Assembly (NCBI RefSeq): GCF_052425735.1
Contig: NC_135761.1
Location: 33,728,001 to 33,792,000, forward strand
Source: Oculina patagonica
Lineage: Eukaryota
Length of the DNA: 64,000 nucleotides
Direction: 5' to 3'
A model generated the notes under the pieces. That model was not told where the DNA came from and did not search any database. It saw only the letters and a list, made by a program, of their open reading frames with translations. Below, piece after piece: positions 1 to 10,822 of the stretch. Positions within the stretch are counted from its first letter, which is position 1. The number at the start of each line of letters is the position of its first letter. The position numbers and the translations under genes were made by a program.

Positions 1-1056
1 AAACAAAGAGAGAGGAGGCACAACAAAAGGAAGAAAATGAAAAAAGGAAACCCAGAAGATCTGACTGTTTGGCTGTTGCGAGAGATTTTGGACGAGTGAG
101 CCGTATAGTAAAAGTTGAAAAAAAGGAGTCCTGATCGAGAAAGTTAGAGCTGCCAGGGAAAAAGCCAACAACACAACATGTACCGCCTCTGTCTGAAACA
201 CAGTTACCACCGGTCACGAGAGATCTACAGGCCACAATTCGAACTCAGATTCTGCTGACTTTTTCATTGCAGAAGAGAGAGCCAACTCTACGTCTTTGTC
301 GTTTCGTTGTTTCCAACGTGTTGTACGACCAACACAAATTCTTTATTATTTTGATGAAAAGAAAGAAAGGTTGATCTACCTATTATTGCTTGTACTGTTT
401 TTTTATTGACCTGCTCAGGCGTACATGGCAAACGCCCTTTACGTTTACGTTATTTATGCACTGATTTTAATTCAGGCAACTCTGGTTTTCGAATAAATAA
501 TTTGTTTGTTTGCCTCGTTTCTTGCATTATTGATGATGCTGTTGACTTGTTCAATGCTTGCGCAAGTAAATGTACGTTCCTTCTGTGGTGACCAGTATCC
601 AATAGACATGTTTTGTGCTGCCTATGGCTAGTGTAACTAATGAGCGAGCCTTCTAGCCGCCAGACTCTTTTGGAGAGCTTCTTTTTCAAGGCGTTTAAAC
701 TGCCATTTTTATGTTACAGTTCAAGTTTACAGTTTGAAAGGCAAATCATGACTTATGTTAGTGTTTTAAGATAATTTTTACTTTTTTAAAATATGACGCC
801 AGCATTGCATTAGACGGTATTCAATTTTAAAGCACTACAGGTAAGTGACCTTTAATCTTCTTTGATCTCCGTTCGATCACAATTCATCAATTTGATGGCA
901 AATTGAGAATTGATATTGTTATAAAATCGTATGCCCAGTTCTACGATGTATCAATCACTATGTGAAAAAAAGTTTTATTACAGTTTTCCTCATTAAAATG
1001 CATAACGAGACCATGTTTTAGAAATATTGACTGAAAATATAACGCATCAAAAATGA

Positions 1057-1264
1057 AAACCAATCGATGACAATCGATGTCAAATAACTGATCAATTGGG
1101 ATTGATAATCAATAAAAATTGATAATCGATGAAATCGTTAATCACAAAAAACCTGAGCATCGATTGTTCATCAATTATTGATATTAATTATCAATCGATT
1201 AATTGGCATCAATTGTTATCGATTGATTTTCCGATCATTGGTTTCATCAATTGTTCAGGCCCTG
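1057..1264. mobile_element. End of a non-autonomous DNA transposon (MITE) with ATCGAT-rich subterminal repeats
   Basis: Many degenerate ATCGAT/ATCAAT/ATTGAT motifs, ending in ...aggccctg (hAT-like CCCTG terminus); partner end not identified. Confidence 0.45.
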
Positions 1265-2043
1265 AACAGAGGCGCACAGAGCCAAAGAAAAAGACAAGCA
1301 AGAAGATAGTGGAGACGAAAAAACAAAGAGATTACCGGGGTATTAAGCTATTCAGCCTGTTGGCTGCCATTTAATTGTTTAAACGAAACTATCTTTTTTT
1401 ACTTTTTAGGAAGAAGTGGTAAAATAATTTGTTGAATGCTTAAATTGAAAACGGCCAAAAAAAAAAACCATCTTACACTTTAACCAACCGTCTACCTAAT
1501 GATGACTATCTTGTGTAATTAAAATTTACCTCCATTTCTGACCATTAAACACAGGATCCACTTTTAGTTTGGCAGAAACTAAGCTGCAACGACATTAATC
1601 AGAGAAAGATAGCAACATCACCTTCAATCTTGTGAGAAATATCTAAACAGCAGAAATAAACAACAAGAAAAAAACAGCAAAAACTGTTGCCTTGTCTTTT
1701 TGTTTCCTGCACTCTACTGCCTAAAACGGCCTATCAGCACTTCCAGCTACCATGACTTCCTTTTTTTAAACTACTGCTTTTATAACACCTAAACACCTAT
1801 TACACATGCTGCAAGGAGAGCTCTACAAAAACTAAGCAAAAAAAAAAACAGCACAAACTAAATGCTTTGAAAGGTTATTTTATTTTTATTACTGCCGGTC
1901 CTACTTGATGAAATGTCTCACTTTCAGTTTTATCTTAAAGAGATGCCAGTTTATGAAACATCATTGTCGGTACCAAGAGCACGAGAATATTGTCCAAATC
2001 CCAACGAGCACATGGACTTATTCCCTGATCCTACACTTGGACC

Positions 2044-2290
2044 TTGTGGAGTGAGTGGCATCCTCTACGACTTTGAGGTGTACACTGGAAAAACAACCAA
2101 GGCACAAGCAAATCCAGAATTACTTATGGGCGACAATGATGTCTTTCATTAAACACAATCACTGACAGAATGTGAATCACAAGGTTTTCTTTGATAATTT
2201 CTTCTCTTCAATGGCTATCACGAACTATTTGAAAAAATATGCTTTGGAGGCTGTTGCAACCATCCGCAAGGGCCGTTTGAAGGGGGTAGA
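2044..2290 (+). pseudogene. piggyBac (PGBD-type) transposase catalytic-core fragment
   Basis: CGVSGILYDFEVYTGK...NVNHKVFFDNFFSS...ATIRKGRLKG motifs with a frameshift; second copy at 23420-23650. Confidence 0.85.
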
Positions 2291-3649
2291 CAACCATTTC
2301 CGACTTAAAATAATTAGGAATGTTTTTGTTGTAAATAATAACTTATTTTAGCATTTTATTGTAAATAATATATTTTAGCATCCTTATTATTTTAAACTGA
2401 GGGCCCCAAGGTTATCAGTAACTTAATTAAATAAAGTCTAGAACAGTATGGAACAGTTCAGCGAATCAGGGATAAGGTTTTTACGTCAAACCTTCAAACA
2501 GATGTGGGACAACACCTTCGGACATCTTCCTTGTGGAATGTCAATCTTTCTAGTTTTCCTAGTTTTCAATCTTTCTGTCAATATGTCTCAAAACATCCCA
2601 TGAAATTCATGATCTTTCCCAGTTAGCCAATACCACTTTGGTTAAGCCTGGAAGACATCTCTGGAATCTCTGGTCCGTCTCTGCCCTCCATCGCTTGCCG
2701 TTGTTTGTGTAAAACTCTGAAAAATGAAAGAAAAAAAAAAAAAACGATGGCAATTCAAAAAAAAACTACAAGGAAATGGCGTCGGGTGCAAGTTAGTAAT
2801 CAACTTAACTATTGAAACTAGTTAAGGAAAAGGAATGGCTTCGGTACGTCACAGGACAATTTCAATTGCGTTTAAGAAAAGTTTACAAAGAAGAATTGCT
2901 TATATTGTAATGAAGAAGAAGAGGTTTATGAAGAACAGCAAGTCAGCTAGAAGGGTGGGAAAGAAATAGCTGGAGCACCATGACAACTTACAGATAGTTA
3001 ACTGATATCTGAATTATTTCTGATGAAACGGTGATGAGAATTAATTCCTATATTTTTAAGCGGGGGATGATGAAAAACGTACTTGCTGATTTATTTTTTC
3101 CATGTGACAAGTCACACTACATACTTCATGCCGACGAGAGAGAACTGCTAAGGCACCTTAGCAGTGAGCCCGTTGATGAAATCGATTCAAGACTTAATAT
3201 TTGTTTCACTGGGATGAAGAAAAAAATACAAATGCTATGTGAAGGACATTACAGGAAAGACGACAATGTACTATGTGATTACAAATACTCAGGTGGCAAA
3301 TGAAAAGACGACACACAAAATGGCGGATTAAAAGCTAGTGTGCAGCCGCTGAGCAATTTTGCATTGCCATTGAGTGACATTTAGTTTAACCATGCAGTCA
3401 ATTAAAAGATGACATATTTTCAATTTAAAAACAATGGGAATCCTACTTTTTCTCAACGAAGAAAAGCTAAGTACTGCCTTATTTGAATTGCACCACAGCA
3501 CTGTGCTGCGCGCTGTGATGTCCTTCTTTCATCTACATCCTAAATAGTGTCATTTTCAGTATTTACATGTTGGAAGAAGACAAAAATAAAAAAGAAAAAA
3601 AAGAAAGTAAACAAGGATCAAGAAGTACGTTAAAACTGTGTGTGTTTTT

Positions 3650-4279
3650 TGAGGAGAGGTTACTATAGCATGGGAATCTCTGAGGATGAGTTTAAAACAG
3701 AAGTCACTAGATGGAAGCATAAATGGAGTGGCATGGATCCAAATGTGACGCCGCATACTTTGGTTGAGACTCTTGACCATGCAAACTCCCAATTTTATCC
3801 CAGTGAATATGTTGCTCTCGTAACATTATTAACTTATCCTGTGACAAGCACTGCCGAAAGTAGCTTCAGAGTATGAAAAGACTTAAATCTCCTTCGCGAA
3901 GTACGATGACGGACAAAAGATTAAGTTCCATAGCAATCCTAAAAATCCATAAACACAAGAACGTGGATATTGACAGTGTAGTAATGGAGTTTGCCTGTCT
4001 AAAGGCTTGACACCTCGCAATTTGCTCCTGACCTGTGTCCGTTGTTTTTGTTTTTCCTTTTGTAACACTGTAGCTTATGGAAAACACTAGAGAAAAGGTT
4101 AAAATAAACTGTCTTTCTCCTGCATTTTACTCCAAAATTGAAGTGAAATTTTTTCATTGTGTGATTACAGATTAGAAAATGTGAAGAAATGTGTGTTTTA
4201 TTGAAAATGCCCGCAGAAAAACCAGGAGATGGCATTTCCGAGAACCTAAATTTCAAAATTACGCTATGCCCCTGATAGG
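3650..4279 (+). mobile_element. 3' part of a deleted hAT element (C-terminal dimerisation domain + right TIR)
   Basis: LLTYPVTSTAESSF..MKRLKS..RSTMTDKRLSSIAIL.IHK; right end acgctatgcccctg followed by ATAGG. Confidence 0.85.
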
Positions 4280-4609
4280 TTGAACCCTGCCCTTTAAAAA
4301 CCACTTTAATAAGCCCTGCTTAATTAGCTCTTGCATGCACATGTCTAAATCAACTTCCTGGAAATTTATGCTGTTCAGAAATAATGAACTGTCTCAAATA
4401 CCTCCCCAACAAGTATACAATAGTTCATATATTGTTTTTTATCTTGTTTCTGTTATTTTTCAATCAACTCAATGCAGCTTAAAATTACTTTTTTTCGACA
4501 GGTTGAGACGGGTCAGGCAGATTGTAGTGTTGAGCTGGTAGCCAACTTCCCTTAAAGATACATTTATTAATGTACATCCACACATTTACATACATACAGA
4601 CAGACAGAC

Positions 4610-4766
4610 GTAGAACTTCAAATGTTAGCGACGGTCCCCTGCTTGATAGGTACTTTGTCTTCTTGAAAGATGAATATCAAACAGTTACAAAAGTCCGGCG
4701 ATACTTTGCAGCAACCTGCATTGGTTTGCAGCAGAAAGGGCAGGGTTATTGGTACCCATCTAGTAA
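4610..4766 (+). pseudogene. Exon fragment of an unassigned protein family (paralog A)
   Basis: TSNVSDGPLLDRYFVFLKDEYQ..KVRRYFAATCIGLQQKGQGYW aligns with the 7600-7790 and 25040-25270 translations. Confidence 0.55.
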
Positions 4767-5148
4767 GGTACTTGCAAGATTAATTTGTTTTAAAATGTCT
4801 CACCATGCCTTGATTTTAGAGTAAGAAATGGTGTAAAAAATGCTACACAGGAAATGTGATTGTGCTAGCATGTACTCTGTTTCATAGTTCCATATCCAAA
4901 AGAAAAAAGTGTTGCAGAATGAGCAGCAACATTATCTATTTTTGGACACCAAATTCCAACCTTTTCAATGTGACCGCTAGAGATTTCAATGAAAGAACCT
5001 GGGCATCAGTTAATTAGAGGAGGGTCTGAGATATTCCAAATTGAAGATTAATGCTAAACCCTTTGTTCCATGTGCTTGATGTCGAAGCGCTGCAAAGAAT
5101 TTCGAATTTTTCTCACCAAACACATCTTTAAAACCCCGCACACACTGA

Positions 5149-5605
5149 ATGGAAAGCTCTGAAGAAGAAGATTTTTCTGATGATGATATTGTCGATATTT
5201 TTGGTGAAAGCGAAGACGAAGATGATTTTGGTGGGTTTAACTTTACCCTTCCTGACAAACTGGAAACTGATGAAGGAGGAGCGAAGACGCGCGGATTTTA
5301 CGAACAGAATCCTCGCAAGGTATTTAGCCGTGACAATGTTGGTCCAACAATCGATGAACTACCTAGTGAGAAGAGACCTGTTGATATTTTTCAACTCTTT
5401 ATCAGCGATGAACATTGGGAAAAAAATCGCTTGATGGACGAATGAATGGTTTCAAGTTACAGAACCAAGCAAACACAAAGCACCCTACGCACCGATCACC
5501 GACATTGCTGAATTGAAAGCGTGCACTGGTGTCATACTTGCAATGAACCAAAACATTGATATGAGCATTATCGGTACTTTCGCCAAGACGAGTCAAAATG
5601 GCTTC
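5149..5605 (+). pseudogene. piggyBac (PGBD4-like) transposase N-terminal fragment
   Basis: Acidic start MESSEEEDFSDDD, then GPT..P....PVDIFQLFISDE.W....WTN...AELKA..G...AM; second copy at 31197-31645. Confidence 0.75.
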
Positions 5606-5719
5606 TTATTTACAATACTAAGTACGTATTTTGTTCATGTGCATCATAATCCCCAGAATGCTACAGTCTCAAATACACCATGAAAAACACATAGCTACAG
5701 CTGGTACACAATTTCTTGA

Positions 5720-6800
5720 TCTTGACAAAGAAACGCAACAATTGTTTGCAGAATATTTAAGTAAAAGAAATTTTATTGAACGGGGTCCAAACTATTGAAA
5801 ACACGGTCCTATCTGCTCACCATCTGTTCACAAGGGAGCATCCCCTGGTAACAAACAACAAGCAGAAAATATGGAAAGCATGGCTGGGGAAGTAGTAAAA
5901 TGCATTGGTACCAAAATTTTCAATAAAGAAACCTTTTCAGTGCATCAGAGGAATGCCCTGCAAGAATCTGTGCGTGATGCAGCAGATTTATTTCTCTCTT
6001 TGAAGTATCCACTATTGCTTTTTATTTGTGATACACCATGTGGTATTGTAAGGCATATGGATTGCCGTGCACCTGATGTGGGGGAGATGCTGTGGGGAAA
6101 ATACAGTGGATGTTTGGAGGTTCCTGAAAGCCACAGATAACCATCACAGGTGTGAAACCTCTTAAAGAAACTAAAAATTACAAAAAAAAATCGTAATCAT
6201 CTTGGCTGCTGAATTTAATTTCACTTGTTACACTTTCCCTCATAATAATCCTCCCTTTCTAAATTGTTTTTTGTTATACTCTCCCACTCCCTCTTTAGGT
6301 TTCAATTATACCAGTAAAGAGATCAATTAATTGATTGTATTTTTTAGGGTATTAGTGTCCCACAAAGTGTACTTCCAGAGTACCTTGCTAGTTCAGTAGC
6401 TCCTGATTGCCGTTTAAACGAAGACAAGCCTCTAATGCATTCTTTATCTGGAGATTGCAGAAGATACATACTTGGTGATAGATTTCATTCTGCTAGCAAT
6501 TTACATAAATCAAAACTATGTGCATTTCATGACATAAATCTACGTTTGCAAGCTAATAGCCTGAAGACAAGCTATCAGGAGTGTGAGAATAATCGGAAAA
6601 ACATTTGCAAGTTACGAGGTGCATGTGTTCAAGGTTTTGGGGTCCACTTTCTCTACAATTACCTCATGGACTATTATCAAAATGAACAGATTGTACACAG
6701 AGAGGTTGCTTTACTAAAAAGGAATGCTCAAGGCAACTGTGATATCGTGAGAGATGAATTTATGCGTTTTGTTTTTAAACAAGCGGAATCCAAGAAGTAA
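5720..6800 (+). pseudogene. KDZ/CxC-type (HMGXB3-like) transposase fragment with intron
   Basis: QESVRDAADLFLSLKYP..FICDTPCG..RH, then after a GT-AG intron (~6150-6347) YILGDRFH...C.FH...TSYQECEN; further copies at 21630-21930 and 31760-32720. Confidence 0.65.
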
Positions 6801-7331
6801 ATTCAGCATTGAGGGTTTTCCTTTTGTTTCATTAGCATTAATGTAATAATGTTTTCCTACAACTAAATATTTGTGCAAATTTTGGCCAAAAATTGAGATT
6901 TTGGTTTTTGTTTCCTATTGTGTATTCTTCATAGCCAACATTTTTTGTCATCTTTCTTTGACATTTATTGCCGGCAATTTATGGCTGCCGAGAAAAACAT
7001 CTTTCTCCCTTGAATAACAATAAGGGCAGAAAAGAATAAAAGGATAGAGTATTTAAATATGATTCGATGTTGTTGCATTAGTTTTTGAGTGGATAGGTCC
7101 TTCCTCTATCTTGCTTTCCTTTTAATTCCTTTTTCGGGGGAGAGACCCTTTATCCCAATTCTCACAATTTACTATTTTCCCTTATTCCACACGTTACTGT
7201 TAGGTTTATACACTCACAAATCAAAATGAGTTTTACTAAATGTGTAACTTCTCGGCCTGATCTGTTTTCATTTGAATGTTGCAGACCCATTTTTTTTGCA
7301 GTGCTTGTTTTAGATGTTAGATCCGTGCTGA

Positions 7332-7790
7332 TGTCTCATTTTTCCTTCTCAGTTGTCACAGGACGAGGATGTCCTTTTTTTCATTGTTGGTGATGGGGGA
7401 CATACTTCGAAGAAAAAAAAGTTGAACGCTTCTTTTACTTGAAGATAGTCGGGGAAATCACTGAGGGAGGCTTCTGGGTCTGCTCCTTTGGTACCAGAGT
7501 TCTAGGAAGGCTGGTGGAAAGGTACTGTATTACATCACAAATTCTTTTGGAAGTTTTCGTTTACTGCTTTCGTACAACTTTTTTAATTTTTATTCTTAGG
7601 AGAATTGTCTTACATCCCAGTGCATTCAACTCCAAGTCGATTTTTTTTGCAGAAAACTCAGAAAAGCTTTGGTGCCGGTACCTTCAACTTAAGAGAAGGT
7701 GAACATTTGGAGAAATACCATGCATTCCTCAAATAGGAGTATTACCAAAGCTCAATTAGGCGATATTATGCTCTGTCGTGCATAGAAAAG
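7332..7790 (+). pseudogene. Two exons of an unassigned protein family (paralog B)
   Basis: ag|LSQDEDVLFFIVGDGG...KIVGEITEGGFWVCSFGTRVLGRLVER|gt, then ag|RIVLHPSAFNSK...TFNLREGEHLE.YHAFLK.EYYQSSIRRYYAL; copies at 22503-22986, 33289-33550, 34493-34670. Confidence 0.55.
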
Positions 7791-8667
7791 CTTCTGGTAC
7801 AAAGTTTGGCCTGTAAAAAGTGTTTATGGTGAGCATTTTGAGCGTGAAAGTTGCCATTACGGTATGCTAAACTTCAAGGTTTTATGACGAAACAAGCCAC
7901 GTTTATACCCAGTTAGATCATGTTTCAGCTGCTCGTGTTCACGGTTAGATAAAAGTGACGGTAGTATGAAAGATTGGGTGAATACCATAATTACGACCTG
8001 CATTTTACAGGAAATTATTAGTACAAAATCTTGCTATTATTGAAAGGTGCTCCTGACCAATCCATCTCAAGCTTAATAAAAAAATGTAAAGCAACATTCG
8101 ATGCACTCTTTTTGATGAAGTACATAAAAGTTATATCAAACCGGATGGCGAGCATCTGACAATAATATTGAACTTACAGTTTGTGTATAATTTATGACAA
8201 GAATGAGAGATTCATTTTTCTACTTTTAAAACAACAAAACTATTGGTTTACTTCCAAGGTGTAGAACAAAATATTTTGGTTTAAAATTTTTTGAAATTAC
8301 TGAGGGGTGGGGAAAGGATAATTAACTCCCCCTGGAAGAGAAATCATGTATGGGGTGAGGGTGCAAAACAAAATAGCCATCAGGGGCGTAGCCAGCCTAT
8401 AGGCCCGTAGGCCCGGGCCTACAAATTTTTTCGCCCACTTGAGTTTTTATAATATGATTATAATAAATGTTGAAATGAAAAAAAAATTATGACACATTTT
8501 CAAGTTTGTAAATAAGAAAGAAGGAGCAAGAATAAATCGCGTTAAAGCACACACACTAGTGCTGTTTTGACGAAATTTTGATAGTCAGCGGTCTTCAAAA
8601 AAGCTATTAAACCATACGTTCAGCGGTTACCGTCTACAAGGCAGCGAACAAATGCAGTTTCACAAAT

Positions 8668-8723
8668 ATGGCATCTAAAAGGCCCGGCAGTCGAAGCATT
8701 GATAGTTATTTCCAGAAAACAAG
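8668..8723 (+). CDS. Predicted leader exon 1 of the hAT element genes (MASKRPGSRSIDSYFQKT)
   Basis: ATG at 8668; hAT-like N-terminus (..SIDSYF.K); donor AG|GTATGT at 8724, phase 2. Confidence 0.7.
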
Positions 8724-9582
8724 GTATGTATTACCATTTAGTTTCTGTAGAAAGATAGATGAGAGCTGTTAGTACTAAACAAAGTTCGTGATATTAAAGT
8801 AACGACTGCAAATCCTAAGAGTTCTGTGTGCGGTCAAACATGAAACTGAAACAATTGGATCAACGGGCTATTAATTCAACTGCAATTTACAATATTCCAG
8901 ATTTGCCGTCTCTGCCTCAATGAGAATGTTCTGAAGTAACCTTGATACTTCTATTATAAAGCTTAATTAAATTATTTCTTTTAATATGTTCATTCAGTTA
9001 TCGTTTCGTTTCTAATGAACTGTCTATTCTGGCTACGATGGCCGAACACAGTTTGCGCGCGCTCTGTGGATTTTATCGCTGACGTAAGAAGCGCACGCGA
9101 GAGGGTTGAGAAAAACAACCGTGGAGCCGAAACAGTAATCACTTTATTTTTTCCTCGTTAAGGTTCCAGATGGATTGAAAAGAGCTTAAAATGACACAGT
9201 ATGTTCCGTGTCAAAACTTTTGTTACAACAGTATGTCAAAAAAGTTCAGGACGCAAAAAAACTCGGCCATTTTGGAGTCTGACTGTTGCCTTGAACTGTC
9301 CACGAGAACCCAGTTAAATGCAGCGCCATCTGGGACTATTAAAGTGCTTCGGTGGGATTTCACACAAATGCGCCGATTTTTGACAACCAGCCATTATCAG
9401 ATTTATAAAAAATTGGCAAAGACAACACTTCAGGAGACAATCAAGAGGCATTTTGCAACAAAAGAATGGAAATCTAATAGAGGGATTTTTTATGCTCTGC
9501 TGGGACATGTTAAAAAAAATTAAAATTCCCTCTTTGGAAACCCTATTTCTTTATGACATATTTGATTTAATTTTCAAAACAG

Positions 9583-9635
9583 CACTGCCACAAGTCAAAC
9601 CGATGGCGAAGATCCAAAACGGAAACGTTTGACAG
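9583..9635 (+). CDS. Predicted leader exon 2 (STATSQTDGEDPKRKRLT; NLS-like PKRKR)
   Basis: Acceptor ttttcaaaacAG at 9581-82, donor CAG|GTATAC at 9636; phase 2 in and phase 1 out, in frame with exon 1. Confidence 0.65.
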
Positions 9636-9906
9636 GTATACTATCTATTGGCCGCCAGGTTTAAATTTTTTAATACCACAGCCATGTTGTTATTTTAAAT
9701 AACTGAAATACTTTTTCTCGAGCTGTTTTTTTCCTTAAACAGCCAGAAAAACTAAAAGACATTGCAATCGTAATTTTATCTTATACAAATAACGAAATAG
9801 TGAAGCTAAAGACATTGAACAAGTTTGAAGATAAGTTAAGAATAAAATGCTGCCACATATGAACCGTGGAAAATGTAAAGTACTTTTTTTCATTTTTTCA
9901 TTGAAG

Positions 9907-10706
9907 AATCAGATGTGACCAGCAGTGATAGTGTAGAGTCTGTGGACCCAGACAAAAGCTTGAAACATGGATCATCAGGTGCCTCGCCCTTTCACATCCT
10001 TGATCTTCCTGAGGAGATATTGCTTACTATTTTTAAATACCTTCCATTGAGAGAAGCTAAGCAAACATATCTAGAGTTTGTAATATTTCAAGAGATTGGT
10101 GAACAGTGGAACAATGTGGAAATCATTTGGATTTTTGGACGATTTTGTTGTATTAAGTACGACAAAAAGTTTTTGATACCATATTTGATCATTCTCATCA
10201 GTTTCAGGAGTTGTATTTTAATGGCGACTTTGAAGCATTACTATCCCAAGTACCACTTGATTATTGTACTCAAAACTATCTGCATGCTGTAACTTGAAAG
10301 TCTTAGATTTAACTACAAATAGGAGTGTGCGTGAAATTCATTTGTTGTAAGTATGCCCAACCTAGAAAGTCTATTTCTTGAATGGTGTACACAGCTGATT
10401 CCAGATTCAGTCGTAGCTCTCTTATCGAAAGAACATCTTTGTCCCAAATTGAAGCAATTAAGCATGCGGAGGTGCGAGCAGTTTTTGGAAACAGAAATCA
10501 TGACCATTGTTATTTCACACAAAAAGCTTGAACGACTGGATATAAGTCACACAAGGGTGTTTAATGTTCAGTGCACTCTCAATATGATTAGTTCACTTCC
10601 TCGCCTCAAAGAGTTTGTGCTTTCTCCAGATTTAGACGAAAATAGTGAGGAGGAGTGGGAGCGTTTTCAAGCAAAATTTCCAATTCTTCGCTTTGAGTTA
10701 ATGTAG
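9907..10706 (+). CDS. F-box/leucine-rich-repeat (FBXL/AMN1-like) protein carried by the hAT element; frameshifted in this sequence
   Basis: F-box ILDLPEEILLTIFKYLP...SRVC..FKRLV..MWK (across frameshifts); LRRs MPNLESLFLEWCTQL, CPKLKQLSMRRCEQF, KLERLDISHT, LPRLKEF; stop at 10706. Confidence 0.85.
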
Positions 10707-10765
10707 TGCTTGGGGAAAAACGTTTTGCACGAACTGTTGAAATCCTGGAGAAAAGTTGTTGCTAA

Positions 10766-10771
10766 AATAAA
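10766..10771 (+). terminator. Polyadenylation signal of the F-box/LRR terminal exon
   Basis: AATAAA 60 nt after the F-box stop and 50 nt before the transposase acceptor. Confidence 0.5.
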
Positions 10772-10822
10772 TGAAAGTTGACTGTTAACTTAATTTTAAA
10801 CTTTCATTTCCCCTGCTTTCAG

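Larger units (their letters stand above)
1870..7790 (+). repeat. Mosaic repeat unit, copy 1 (piggyBac + hAT + unknown-family exons + piggyBac N-term + KDZ fragments)
   Basis: Sub-blocks recur with high identity at 21465-25612, 26495-33550 and 33367-37355 (e.g. 4970-6165 vs 31020-32200; 2445-3640 vs 26620-27850). Confidence 0.9.

Noticed and set aside
1057-1264. CRISPR-like array in the ATCGAT-rich stretch
   Set aside because: Motifs are short, degenerate and irregularly spaced with no unique spacers; the context is eukaryotic TE DNA
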